Shown here: positions 12,950 to 25,588 of the stretch, piece after piece
Layout of the letters: each line of letters starts with the position of its first letter
How positions within the stretch are numbered: position 1 is the first letter of the stretch
NCBI GenBank assembly: GCA_030324005.1
Contig: JARDVH010000130.1
Location: 19,356,262 to 19,420,261 of the forward strand
From: Negaprion brevirostris
Lineage: Eukaryota
Direction of reading: 5' to 3'
DNA length: 64,000 nt
The notes under the pieces: generated by a model
Databases searched by the model: none
What the model was told of the DNA's origin: nothing
Seen by the model: the letters and a program-made list of their open reading frames with translations, nothing else
Position numbers and translations under genes: made by a program

Positions 12950-13600
12950 TTAAATTGAGGTGGTATATTTTGGTAGGGAGAATGAGGAGATGATACGCTA
13001 CTTGAAAATTGTCAGAATAGAGTAGGGGAATAGAGGGATTGGGCGTACAGACACATAAATCACAGGAAGCAGCAAGGTAGGAGAGTAAGGCTATTTAAAA
13101 AAAAGACAAATAGAGCACTGAGGTTAATTTCTGAAGGGATAACATTGAAAAACAGAAGCTATAGAGATGCAGAAGTTGTACAGAAGCTTGGTTATAGCGT
13201 ACCTTGTCATATTATAAGCTGAACGTTGAGACAGTGGAGAAGATATATACAGTGATCAAGTGGAATGATATGGGACCTGAGAGGTTGTACCCATCAGGAA
13301 AGATTGGATGGACTGTGGGGCTTATTTTCCTAAAGATAAGATGACTGAGGGTGACCTGATGAAAGTTTTCAAGATTATAAAAGGGTTTGGTAGGGTGGAT
13401 GTACAGAAGATATTTCCACTTGCGGCTGAACTGGGGGCTATAAGGATGACAGTAGTTGATAGCGTAGATAATTTAAAGGGAAGCCAGTGAAGTAAATATG
13501 GGAGAAAGAGGAAGATGCTGTGTTCATGGGATTAGATGAAGAAGAATGGGAGCAGGCTTAAGGTTTTATTGGGCTGAATGGCCTGTTTCTGCTTTGGAAA
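12950..13600 (+). mobile_element. Old CR1 LINE 3' fragment
   Basis: EGDLMKVFKIIKGFGRVD..KIFPL, followed by the tail gggctgaatggcctgtttctg. Confidence 0.8.
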
Positions 13601-14027
13601 CCTGATTTTACTTTTTCAGCCCTTAGTGTCCTCAAATATAATTCTCTTAAATCAAAACCTGATACCCCTCCCCAGATGTTCGTTGTATTCCTGGTTCAGT
13701 GAAAGTCTAATGTTCCCTTGGCAAAGCTGACCTGTTTCTCTGTCTCTTGCCTGACTCATCCCCCAAATTTGCATCTTGGCTGGCTTGCTGGACTACTTTT
13801 ATGCCAACCCAGTGTATGTTCTTAGGAACCCTTACTCCCCAAAACAAAGCTGCTTTACTAATAGCCTGTCATTGTTCATTTGGCTCTTACCTAGTTTGCC
13901 CTTTTGCAGTCTGTGCTGCTTAAGTTCTCTTCATGCCGTCCTTCATTCTGCCCTTTCTGGAGTTGGTCACAAGACGACTTTTGGTAGACTCCCTCACCAT
14001 TCCAATTTTTGCTTTGCTTTTTGATGC

Positions 14028-16402
14028 TGTTGTGGAGTATCTAAAGGCACTCGATAGAGTCAGCTGTAGGTGAGTCAAGCAGTAGTTTATTCAATATAAG
14101 TCTGCATACAGTGGCTTGTGCCCTCAAATTGCTCTTGGAGGCTACTCAAAGTTGTACAGTTTCTTCCATATGTTTGTACACCTTTGCAATACTTCATCGC
14201 TGACTCGCATTGTTCTGATCCCACACATCTGGTTTTGTACATCCGCAGTTGAAGATTAAGACACAAAATGTTGCAGAATGACCTGACCTTGAACACAAAT
14301 AATGGCAGTAGTTTATTCAAAAACATGAACTCGCCTCATCCAACCTGACAATTTACTACTTTCAGCCTGATCCGGAAGTCACTTTCTTTCCTACTCCTAG
14401 TCTAGTATTCTTTCTCAGCAATCACTTTTAAATCGTGTACCAGCAATTTGGTCAAGCCTGAGCGTCCCAGGGTACATCACTTCAGGCTTGCGGGCAGACA
14501 ATATTATTTTCTTTCTCCAAGATCCAGGTTGTGAGAATGCTGTTTTAAAAAAAAAGATCCCCTTTGTATCGCGTATCTGGGTACAGAGTAGTACGAAAGA
14601 ACAGCTTCTTCCCTGCTGCCATCAGACTTTTGAATAGACCTTCCTTGGATTAAGTTGATCTTTCTCGACACCTCAGCTATGAATGTAACACTACATTCTG
14701 CACCCTTTCCTTTCCTCTATGAATGATATGCTTTGTCTGCATACCACACAGGAAACAATACTTTTCACTATATACTAATACATGCAACAGTAATAAATCA
14801 AATCCAATACTTGAGTCAATTGTCACCCCTCATGATTCTGATATTCCTAACTCGTAGGATTTTTAGATTCTTCTTCCTGCGAGTGGTTGATAAGTGTTTG
14901 GCTGTTGGGTATGCTTGTGTTAGTCCTCTCGGTACACAAAGAGCAGATTCTACTTTTGGGCACCTGGGTCTGCAATGTGTTACCTGTGATCCAGATGGCA
15001 TGTCTCTGTTGTGGAACGGGGCAACGTTGTGCTGGACATTTCCCACTAACCACGTGTCATAGGTCCTGCATACCCAGTCCCTGTTTGCGCTAGTGGAGCA
15101 CTGATAGATGGGTGCTGAGATCTGATTTGTAGTGTGGGCATGGTTTTCTAGAATCTGCAAGGATCCGAATAAGGTTGCAGTAGGTCCTCATTTGTCTCTT
15201 GGCCGAGGTAAAAGAGACATACTTTATTGTTGTTTGGCTTCCCCCCCAGGCTTTTGATTGTGCGCAGTGGGGATCATGGTCACTTTCCATTTGTTTCTGT
15301 CTCAGGTGGAGCTGAGGGAGCCACAGCATCATGTTCTGGTGATGAGTCCCAGTCATTATCTGCCATATTTGGCAGCTTCTTTCTCCAGTCAGTGTTTGGG
15401 GATATGCCTCTGTCCTGATGCCTGCATCACACCTGTTTTGTCTCTTTTCAAGCTGATTTTTTTTTAAAGCATTTATTCAGTAGCTACTGATAATTACGAT
15501 TATGCCTTTTTCTTCTTTGTCCTCAATCTGAGCATCCCACCAGCCTTTCTGTTTAACCGGAGGGTCTTCTGGATCCATCCCTTCTTTCTTGTTTTCTTGA
15601 TGAGTTTCTGATTTTTATCTGTTACACGTTGGATGTTGACCGTTCTGGTCTGCACTCATTCTCACCTAGTCCAGACATGGTTATACAGTACCTTGATATG
15701 GCCTGCACGCCAGTGGTTCTAACCTGCTTGTTTCTTGCCATTACTAAGGGATGGTTCTGAGTTTTTTACTGGTTACTCGTGGCTATCTGCGCAGCTCCTG
15801 CTTCTTCATCTTCAGCCAACACCAAGGTTTTGATGTCTGCACACTGTATCACACAATCACCGGATTTACACTATAACTGACACTCTAAGATAAAGGTATT
15901 CACCTGCCTGGTGTGTTCAACCAACCGGTTTCTCAGTTGTTGGTGGAGACCCTGCTCAAGGCACCAATTGTTGTGGAGCATTTGAGAGTCAGCTGTAGAT
16001 GAATCAAGCAGGAATTTATTCAATACAAGTATGTATGTAGAGCCCTCAATTGCCCTCAGAGGCCACTCAAAGTTACACAGCCCCTTCCATATATTTATCA
16101 TGTCTTTGCGAGACTTCATCACAAACTCACGTTGTTTGTACACATTACCGATGAAGTCATAGAAAAACACAGAATGACTTGACCCTGAACACAAATGATA
16201 TAGCAGTTTATTCAAAAATGCAAACTTGCTTCATCTAGCCTGACAATTTGCTACATTGTCCAGATTTCTGCTTATTTTTGCTTGAACTTGATGTAACATC
16301 CCTTACTATATCCACTCCAATGATTCCTTTTACAGTAAACACTTGTAAATCTGATAGCAAAATTTGGTCAAGACTGAATTTCCCAGGATACACCACTTCA
16401 CA
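14028..16402 (-). mobile_element. Short, internally deleted or non-autonomous LTR retroelement with two diverged LTRs and a PBS
   Basis: Direct repeats 14028-14484 and 15969-16400 both run tgttgtggag...cacttca (TG..CA ends). Minus-strand AATAAA lies ~60 nt from the LTR end. Minus-strand tggtgccttgagcagggt (15966-15949) starts 2 nt inside the right LTR. Confidence 0.75.
14585..14808 (+). mobile_element. Rex1/Babar-like LINE 3' end nested in the LTR element
   Basis: aagaacagcttcttccctgctgccatcagacttttgaat = KNSFFPAAIRLLN. The UTR ends aataaatcaaatcc. A second copy lies at 21605-21829. Confidence 0.7.
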
Positions 16403-16997
16403 ATACTGACTATCTTCCATCCGCCATTTGTCACCAGATATTGATTTTTCTTTTTATAATTGTCTCCTCTCCTCTCCTGTAATCAAACTCTTACCTTCAC
16501 TGTGGTCCCATTGGATCCCACCTGCCAATCAACATTTCTTCAGCACACTACAGAAGCAAAGTTGCAGAAGATCAGATAGCGTGAAGGCAAGTATTTGAAG
16601 TATCTTAAGTTTGTGCAATTGTAACAAGCATGACACAGTTAATAGTGGAATATCTTGCTCTCTTACTCAAGACATCACCTTGAACAGTGATAATTGCAGG
16701 GATATATTTCAAGCATGACAGTTTCAGTTCTATTCCCAAAATGACATTATGCCTACATAGTTAAAGCATCTTTTTACCTGTGTGAATACCACTGAAGTAG
16801 TAGTTAAAGCACTAGACCAAACAGCCAAGTCTGATGGTGAAACCATCACCTGTAAAAACACATATTTAGCTGAGTTATGAATGATTACTCCAAGGTTTCT
16901 GTGGGAAGTACATTGTGGCAAATTCTTCCATTACCACAAACATTTCAATTTGTTCTTTTAGCCTTTGTTAGTCATATAAGATGTCATGATGGGTTTA

Positions 16998-17194
16998 GAC
17001 CAGAGTTTTACTGCCTTTCCAGCTGGTGGGATATTGCAGTGCGGAGGAGGCAATCCCCTGTTGCAGGTCCCACAGCTGGCAAGCAATGCAAATGGCCATT
17101 AATTTTGGTAGGACTGGAGATCCTGCCAGTGGCCAATGATGAGCCACGTCCGCTGCTGGAAAACCCACTACAGGGGGCTGGAATATTCTGGCCA
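16998..17194. mobile_element. ~200 bp MITE (Harbinger-like), same family as 40688-40891 in opposite orientation
   Basis: Termini gaccagagttttac / gaatattctggcc. Internal gtggccaatga, ggaaaaccc and ggactggagatc occur as reverse complements at 40720-40780. Confidence 0.6.
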
Positions 17195-17344
17195 CTGTGA
17201 ATTAATTTTCTTCTGAATGGAAAGCAAAGTGGTATTCGTTCATATCGTTCAATTAAGAAACACTTGAGTTGGAAGGAGTGATATATAGAACAATATGCAA
17301 AGTCTTTTCCAAGTTTGGGTAGGTGGAAGCTCACTTTGTTCATT

Positions 17345-17440
17345 TTATTTATTTATTTGTGTCCCAAGTAGGCTTATATTAAACTGCAACAAAGTACCTG
17401 TGAAAATCCACTGGTCGCCACACTCCAGCGCTGCTTCAGA
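17345..17440 (-). mobile_element. Isolated alternative V-SINE tail
   Basis: tttatt..caagtaggcttatattaaactgcaac..ctgtgaaaatcc..gtcgccacactcc, matching 32489 and 42265. Confidence 0.7.
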
Positions 17441-17899
17441 TACACTTTAGCTCTTTAGGTAAAGCATAGTGCTGAACAAAATAGAATATTCTTCGGTTGA
17501 ACTAATAGAGAAATGCTCCATGGCTGCAGAATCTCCATCTGATGTCATAGAGTCATAAAGTTTTACAGCATGGATGTATTTCCTATTTATCTACAGCTTT
17601 GACTTGCATAACATTGGTTGCATTTGCACAAGAAAAATCTTTTTTTTAGTATAGCTCAGATAATTGAAGTTGTCCATTGAAGTGGATTTTGTGTGGCCTC
17701 AATTGCTTTGTACTTCACTGCAACTCTACATCAGCTAGTGGGAGATATTGTGACAGAAAACAAAGATTCTGCATTTCCCGTTGTATTTGGAAGCAACTGT
17801 CAACCAATGGGGGACAAAATGCTACAAAATAAACTGTGTAGCATTCCGAAACCTGCTTCACCAGTGTATGAATTTGATATATAAGCACAGCTACAAACA

Positions 17900-18330
17900 G
17901 AATCATAGAAATGGTATAGTACAGAAGGTTGACATATGACCCATTGTGCCTGTGCTGACACTGTAAAGGAGCAATTGATCCAAAGCTAATTCTTAGCTTT
18001 CCCCATTAGCCCAGCAAAATTTTCTTTTTCAAATTATGATACAGTTGCCTTTTGAAAGCTTCAATTGACTTCGCCAGTGTCATACTCTCAGGCAGTGCAT
18101 TCCAGATCCTAACCACTGACAAGGCGATAATTTTTTTTCCTTATGTTTCCATTGCTTCTTTTGCCAAGTACCTTAAATCTATCCTCTGGCTCTCAATCCA
18201 AAGGGAACAGTTTTCCTCCAGCTACTCTGTCCAGGCCCCTCATGATTTTGAATATCTCTATTAAATCTCTCAGCTGTCTCTTCTGCAAGGAAAGAGCCCC
18301 AAATTCTCTAGTCTTCTGAGGTAACTGAAG
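17900..18330 (-). mobile_element. Old CR1 LINE 3' fragment
   Basis: aatcatagaa..tacagaagg tail, ggcagtgcattccagatcctaaccact and cccctcatgattttgaata. Confidence 0.75.
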
Positions 18331-19789
18331 TTAGTTGCCTGTGCTTTTGTAAGTTCATCATGTCATCCTACAGTAAGTAATTTTTAAGTTTTATAACCAA
18401 AATAGGTCGATGAGTAATTAGTTTCCCCCATGGTTTCTAGTGTAATGACAACAGTCAATGCATTTGAGCCATATAGTCTAAAAAATCCTTTATTTGGTCC
18501 TCATTCTGTGTTGAATGACCTCTTTGTAGTATCTGACTAACTGCTGCAAATTGGGGAGGGAAAAAGTCAATATTAAATGCTGATTGACCAGATGTCATTG
18601 CCTCGGTACACTCACTTTGCACTGTGTCTGTCAGTGCACGTGTGCTTTCTCCCAGTAAAGAAGTCCTTGGTGTGTACCTGTCACCATGTGCCAGTACTGG
18701 TTAGTGCTTGCCTGTTGTGACAGCATTACATACCTGCAGTTGCCAGCTGCTTTCTGGTAGCCCTGCACTGGTCTCTCTGCCTCTCACTGCCTGAATTTCA
18801 GGAATAAGCAACACAATTTAAAGATCACATTGACGTCAGGGAAAACATGCCAAGGAAGATTTTCATGTTTGACGTATGTGAGGATATTATTGTGGAACTG
18901 CGCTATTTGATTTGGTGGAGTTTCATTTCCCCTCACTCAAAGCTAATGCAGAATTGTATCCTGGTTTTATCACAAGGTTTAATTTGAGGGTTCCCAAACT
19001 GTGGGTCATGAATCTTCAGTGGGGTTGTGGGACCAGCATTTGAGGCGTTGAGCTCTGAGGCAGCAAAGACAGCCTCACTTGGAGACTGAGATTTGTCAGC
19101 CCTGGGATTGGATGGCCACTTTTAATTGATCAAATATGTTTGGCTGTAGGCTTGGTGTAATCCAGTGATCGTTGAGGCCCGGCCACTGATACCAACAGAA
19201 CCTGCATTCCATCTCTCTCCTTATTTTTGTTCAATCTGTGCCATCGTTGATACAGGCAGTTGCCGAGAACAACCTTGGCTTTGGTGCCACAGGCAATATA
19301 CCTAACATGTGCAGGAAGTCTTGAACACTACCCAGGGACTCTTAGTGGAAGCTCAGCGTAATATATGTTGCATAAAAAGAAGACAAAAAGCAAGGCTTGT
19401 ACTTAAAGTGCTTTTCTCGACCACCAAACATCTCAAAAGGCTTTACAGCCAAAGAAACATTTTTGAAGTGCAATCACTGTTACAATGTAGGTGAATTTCT
19501 TGCAGAAAACCTGCTGGGAATCAGCCTCACGTCTTAAATTGTTGGTCATTTGGATGTGTTACCCAGTGGGTTATTGCAAACCATTAAATACGACAGCAAG
19601 GGTGAGGAAAGGATGAAAATTGAAGGCACAAAAAAACTAATAAATAAAAGAAAACAAAGTATATCATACTTCTTTATAACACATCTGAAGAAGTAATTTT
19701 GTGTTTAAAATGTGTTTCAGCGTATTATTTAGTAGTTATTTTGAAAAAAGTCTGGTGTGGATCATAAAGTTAACTTTATTCTCTTGCAG

Positions 19790-19917
19790 AACAAGTACAT
19801 AAACACTTACAACAGTCAGAAGTTGAGTACTTACAGTTTGCGTTTCGATGGATGAATAACCTGCTGATGAGGGAACTTCCCCTGCGGTGTACCATCAGGT
19901 TATGGGATACATACCAG
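19790..19917 (+). CDS. TBC1D22A: Internal coding exon of TBC1 domain family member 22 (Rab-GAP, C-terminal TBC subdomain); paralog A favoured, B not excluded
   Basis: Acceptor ttattctcttgcag at 19776-19789 and donor gtgagt at 19918. The 128-bp exon (phase 1 to phase 0) reads (E)QVHKHLQQSEVEYLQFAFRWMNNLLMRELPLRCTIRLWDTYQ, the TBC1D22/Gyp1 signature. Paralog A is inferred only from the very large flanking introns (>19 kb and >44 kb with no other exon seen). Confidence 0.9.
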
Positions 19918-21179
19918 GTGAGTTCATATTGTCCTTCTCACAGCATGAATTACGCAGTCTTCGGAAAGCTTGCTGACGCAGGTGCAAGTCCTTGAAATAC
20001 ATCAACTCCACTAAGTATGACACTTCAGAATATTTGTCTATGATTGACTGTATCGAATTTCTCTTTCCTTTGATACTGATGAAAAGACTGATGTGGAATT
20101 CAGAAGAACATTTTATTGCTATTCACCATGAGCGACATGATGAGAATGTTAGTAATCCTTTTAAGGCTGCTCGAACTAATTTTGCGTCACTACAAAACAT
20201 TTTAATTTGACATCATCAGTTCAATGGTTATATTTGCTCTGGTGTAAAATTGGACAGACTGAGTGAGCAATATCACCTTGAGCTAGTTGCCTTCAGCTTT
20301 GTGCTATCTGTTTTCTGAGACCAACCAGTGCAAGTGGAACTTCAAGAAGCCTCCAATGGGATTGGTTTCATATTCAAACTTTAGACTGGCATCAGAGAAT
20401 TAACTGCCCTGTGAGCTATTTGCTGTCAATAAAATGTAACCAATATTTGAATGCTGATGAGCAGCACTTCAATTTTTCTGGGCAGAGAGTGATGTTAAGC
20501 TGGCAGTATCATTTGCAGCAGCAGCTCATGTCACCCTCCATGCCTCTGCCAAATCTGTACAGGTTGGAATACTTTATTGTTGGCGACCAGTCTTGATGGA
20601 AAATGTATGATAAATGAGCAGGTAGCATTCTATATTGTCATTTTTCTACACTTCCAGTAAACAGGATTGAAGTTTTGCATGCAAGGTGAATGTGTAAGTG
20701 TGTGAGGAACGGCCAAATGAAATTGCACGCTGGGTACTGGTCAAGGGAGGCTGTGTCATGCTTTGAGTATTATTCCAAAGGCTTAATTGAGGAGTGCAAT
20801 GCAGTTTGGTTGAATTGGTCAATTTTTGACAGATTGAAGACGAAGAGACAGGCAAGTTTCTTTGGGATAGCCAAGGAATTATTGAAGACAAATTTGCACA
20901 AAGGTAGCATTATGGCAAAGTCAAATACATAGATGCAAATCTAAGTAAAAAATTAGAAAGAAGAATGGGAGACATAATTAAAGCTGTTGACTTGCTAGAG
21001 AGAAGCTGAAAAGGATTTTGACAGTTAGAAGCGATGACATAAGCAAGTGGAATATTTAGCTGAACAGCAGAAAATTGGGAGTATCAGAATTCCCCAATAA
21101 AATGAGTGAAACAGATCTGTCGGTCAGTTTGCATTTTTGGCTAAATATCTTTGTTTGGACCTTTTTAAAAAAATACTTC

Positions 21180-21930
21180 AATTTATTCATGAAATGTGGG
21201 CACGGCTGGCAATTATTGCCCACACCTAATTGCCTTTCAGACCGTGATGGTGAGTTGCCTTTCTAAACCACAACAGTCCACATAGTGTAGATGCACCAAT
21301 AATGCAGTCAGTTTGATCATTTCAGAGTTTTGTCCCTGCGCTGATGAAAGAATGATGATAAATGTCCAAGTCAGGGTGCTTTGTGACTTGCAGAGGAACT
21401 TGCAGTTCTACTGCCTTTGTCATAGGCAATGGAAGTCATGAGTTTGGAAGGTGCAGTTGAAGAAACCTTTGCTACTTGTGCATCTTGCAGACATTTTAAA
21501 TTACACCCATATTGTGCCAGTGGTGGAGAGTGTAAATGTTGAAGGTAATGGGTGAAGTACTAATCAAGTGGGCTGGATATTGTTGGAGCCACACACGTTC
21601 ATTCGAGACAAAAATCTGAGAACACACCAACTGACCGAAGATCAGCTTCTTCCCTGCTGCCATCAGACTTTTGAATGGACTTATATTAAGTCGATCTTTC
21701 TCTATACCCTAGCTCTCACTGTAGCACTACATTCTACACCCTCTCCTTCTCTATGTATGGTATTGCGCGCAAGAAGCAATACTATTCACTATATACTAAT
21801 ACATGCGACAATAAATCAGATCAAATCAAGTGGGCAGTGGTATGATAATTTGTTGACATACTTTGTAGATGGTGGAAAAAGTTGAGGGAAACAGGAAGCA
21901 AGTTATTTTTCAGAATTCCCAACCTCTGCT
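21180..21930 (-). mobile_element. L2/CR1-group LINE 3' end interrupted by a Rex1/Babar fragment
   Basis: Antisense tail ttattcatgaaatgtgggc..attattgcccacacctaattgcctt, which is shared with the SINE at 48456. The LINE sequence resumes at caagtggg after the 21605-21829 insert. Confidence 0.7.
21605..21829 (+). mobile_element. Rex1/Babar-like LINE 3' end
   Basis: cagcttcttccctgctgccatcagacttttgaat..ttcactatatactaatacatgc..aataaatcagatcaaatcaa; homologous to 14585-14808. Confidence 0.7.
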
Positions 21931-22289
21931 AGCTATTGTTAATCTGTGTGATAAACGTTATAATGGGCACTTGTTTGTGTGTGTTCCGTTCACTAATCAA
22001 AGGATGTTACTAAATATTGACAAACTCTAAAGCAGTGAAAGGGGAAGAATATGAGTGAAATTGCAGTCAAGAAAGATGTAATAAGCTCTGCACACGTTAA
22101 AAACTGAGTGCAGACTATCCTTGTGGTTTTAAACCTTGATTCTATTTACTCTTGTGTTAAAACCAATGAACAGGCATAAATAGAACCTTTAAATGCATTA
22201 ATAGGAATTTTGATGAATTGTGTTAGTTTTGTAGCAACCAATCTATCACCATTTAGATGTTAATGTACCCTGCGTTGTACTTGAACAAA

Positions 22290-22800
22290 TTTTATTTAGC
22301 AGTAAGCAATCTTAATATTTCCCAGCTGTGATCCGAGTATGTGTGTATCTAAGTTTCCAGATTTCATATATTGATAAGAGCACACTTGGAATATGGTGTG
22401 CAGTCCTTGTGTACTGTGAAAAGGAATTGAAAGGAAGCACCTGTTCAGAAAGATTGAACAAGCCAGGGCTCTTTGCCTATGAAGAGAAGAGCAAAAGATT
22501 TTCCAAGTTTGTAAAGGAATTGGATGAGTGTGGAGATACTGTATCCACCTGGATAAATGGAGCATAAATAGAAACCATTAAGAGACCAAATAAAGAATTT
22601 CGGAACAATTTCTTCTTGGTGAAAATAGCGAATGTGTGGAACTAGTTGCCATGTTGTGTGGTTGAAGCATACAAAATTGATGGTTCTAAATGAAGACATG
22701 ATGCATATGTGAGATGGAAGGTGATTGTGGATATGGGAGTAGGGTAGGACGAATACAAACACTGGCATAGATCAACACATTGAGTAAAAGTTTCACTACA
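22290..22800 (+). mobile_element. Highly decayed CR1 fragment
   Basis: agagcacacttggaatatggtgtgcagt (RPHLEY.VQ-like), ERLNKPGLF and aatttcttc..gaatgtgtggaac. Confidence 0.6.
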
Positions 22801-22988
22801 CACCGTCATGATAGCAAAGGACACGTAAAATATTTTTAAAATTGTAGAATGAGCAGAAGATACCACAGAAATTATGTACATCAATGAAATTGCTCCAAGT
22901 ATTTGTTTAATATCTTATCGCCAAAATGAGAACTATAAATTGTGTAGGAGGCTTGTAATATAATCTACAGCATGACAAAAAATGCTCA

Positions 22989-23115
22989 GGGCAGGATTTT
23001 ACAGCCTTGCTCATTGCAAAACTGTGAAATCCTACCTGGGGTCAACAGACCTTTGCATGGAGCGCCCCTTGCCTGCTTAGATTTCCATGGTGGGCGGGTC
23101 GGTAAATTTGCAGCC
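22989..23115. mobile_element. 127 bp MITE with GGGC-type termini and an internal hairpin
   Basis: gggcaggattttac ... gtaaatttgcagcc. The left end also folds on itself (ggcaggattttacag..ctgtgaaatcctacc). Confidence 0.6.
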
Positions 23116-24604
23116 TAAATGTAAAAGCACTGATTAAACATTAAAATGCATTCATGTCAAGTCACTTGTGGATGAGTGAAAATTTCTGAGCTTGCTAAGT
23201 TCCAGGGACAAAAAGCACAGTAGAGCAAAACAAGACCAAGTGCAACCTTAACTTTTTCTTAGGCTTTTTCACAAATATCCTAATTTATTTCTTTGAAAGG
23301 ATTATTTATTTGCTATAGCACTGCCCATCAGGAGTGCAAGGCCAAACAATTTTCTCCTTTTCTTAAACGTAACGTTCAATTTCCTCAATCTTTTGAGCAT
23401 CAGGTTATTTTTTTGATCTTGATTGCAATCATACTTGTGTTCTACCAACGTTATAAACTGAAAAAAGAGAATTTTTACAGGTAGTGCTTTTTTTTTCAAG
23501 AAATTAATTTAAGCAAAGTTTGACCTGCTGTTCTGTAGATACTTTTGAGAACTCTTTCTAAAATGATATGATTTATATAAAGGCTCCAACTGATTCATTC
23601 ATTGTTGCGTTTTGGAGAAATAGGAGATGTGTGCATCAATTGACCATTATTCTAAGGTATATTGAAACTTCAATATCTTCTGTATCTTGAAATTAAATTT
23701 ATTTTGTTTCCCTCAAGATTCTGTTCAGTTTAAAAAGATTCCATGCCATCAAATGCATTTAGCTCCTCTTTCAGATAATTTCTGTCATGAACCAGTAGAA
23801 AAGCACTCTGCTTTGAACTTAACCCTGCGTGGAGCCACCTTGGTTAAGTGTTCTTCCTGTCCCAATTGCACATAGATCGCCCTCACTATGCTCAAGTTCT
23901 TTTCCTCCCCCTCATTCCAGAGGTGCAGAGCAATTTCACTGATTTGTGAAAAAGCTTTTCTTTCTGTAGTGTTGGAAGGATCCTGAAAATAATAGCAATT
24001 ATCAAATATCTATTTTTGCACTGTGTCTCTTGCTAAAATATGTTTACTACATTTTCAGTTTGCGTTGATAGTGAGGAACCTTGGACAGACCCTTGGTCTT
24101 GTTGGCACCTGAACTTAAGGTCAGTGATGACTGTAGTAGATAACTTCCAGGAGCCAACGGCTTCCACAAATGCTTTGTTTATATTGCTAACCTTGCAGGA
24201 TTGGTAGAACAGCACAATCTGCTTCAAGGTACCATTTTCCCCACACGTGACATTTTTCAACTACCAACCAAAGGAGACATTGAACTGTATTCTACCAGAA
24301 AAACAAATTTCCGAGCCTAAAAGAAATGGTCAATTCAAAAGATTGCTGTGGCTTGTCTACATTCCACATCAGTTTAAAAAGTTGGAGAGGTAGTTCAATC
24401 ACAGCATTAACTCAGGAATTGACTCCAGAGCATAAAAATTGTGGTGATTGAAAAACAGTGAAATCAAAATCTACAGAGTTAAAAATATCTTAGTTAAGTA
24501 ATGTTAGTATGTAGTTTACCCTTTGAATGAAAATTTTACTAGTTATAGTTAAATTTGTCTAAAATGGAAATTGGTTGCTTCATTTACAGTAATAATACTG
24601 TAGA

Positions 24605-25588
24605 GAGGTGAGATATGGTGAGAGGGCATGCTATCCAAGGGGCTTTGGCCTTGTGGATCCAGAACTGCCTTGCCTGCAGAAGGCAGAGAGTGGTTGTGGA
24701 TGGGTTTTTTTCTGCATGGAGGCCGGACACCAGTGGAGTGCCCCAGGGATCTGTTCTAGGACCCTTGCTGTTGGTCATTTTCATAAATGACCTGGATGAG
24801 GAAGTGGAGGGGTGGATTAGTAAGTTTGCCGATGACACGAAGGTTGGTGGTGTTGTGGATAGTCTGGAGGGATGTCAGAAGTTTCAGCAAGACATAAATA
24901 GGATGCAAGACTGGGCGGAGAAGTGGCAGATGGACTTCAACGCGGATAAATGTGTAGTGGTCCATTTTGGCAGGTCCAATGGGATGAAGGAGTANNNNNN
25001 NNNNNNNNNNNNNNNNNNNNNNNNNNNNNNNNNNNNNNNNNNNNNNNNNNNNNNNNNNNNNNNNNNNNNNNNNNNNNNNNNNNNNNNNNNNNNNTGTGGA
25101 AGCTATTGAGAGGGTGCAGAGGAGATTTACAAGGATGTTGCCTGGATTGGGAGGCATGCCTTATGAAGATAAGTTGAGGGAGCTAGGTCTCTTCTCCCTG
25201 GAGAGACGAAGGTTGAGAGACAACCTGATAGAGGTTTATAAAATGTTGAGAGGAGTAGATAGGGTGGATTCTCGGAAGCTATTTCCCAGGGCTGAAGTGG
25301 TCGCTACAAGAGGACACAGGTTTAAAGTGCTGGGGAGCAAGTACAGAGGAGATGTTAGGGGTAAGTTTTCCACTAAGAGGGTGGTGAATGAGTGGAATCA
25401 GCTACCGTCGGTGGTGGTAGAGGGGAACTCACTGGGGTCTTTTAAAAGACTTCTGGATGAGTATATGTGATCTAATGGGATTGGGAGTTACAGATAGTTG
25501 TATGGCTCGGTAGGTATAGCTGTGATCGGCCCAACTTATGGGCTGAAGGGCCTGTTTGTGCTGTAGTGTTCTATGTTCTATGTTCTAA
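24605..25588 (+). mobile_element. Relatively young 5'-truncated CR1 LINE (RT C-terminal half plus 3' UTR)
   Basis: SGVPQGSVLGPLL..FINDLD..ISKFADDTKVGG, then ERVQRRFTRMLPGL..TRGHRFK. Tail (ttctatg)n. Contains an N gap. Confidence 0.95.

Noticed and set aside
18985-19045. gggttcccaaact motif (also at 31270) resembling a hAT/Charlie terminal repeat
   Set aside because: No matching opposite terminus or 8-bp TSD found; too short to call.
24995-25094. N runs, several about 100 nt
   Set aside because: Assembly or masking gaps, often within young CR1 copies; no biological meaning.
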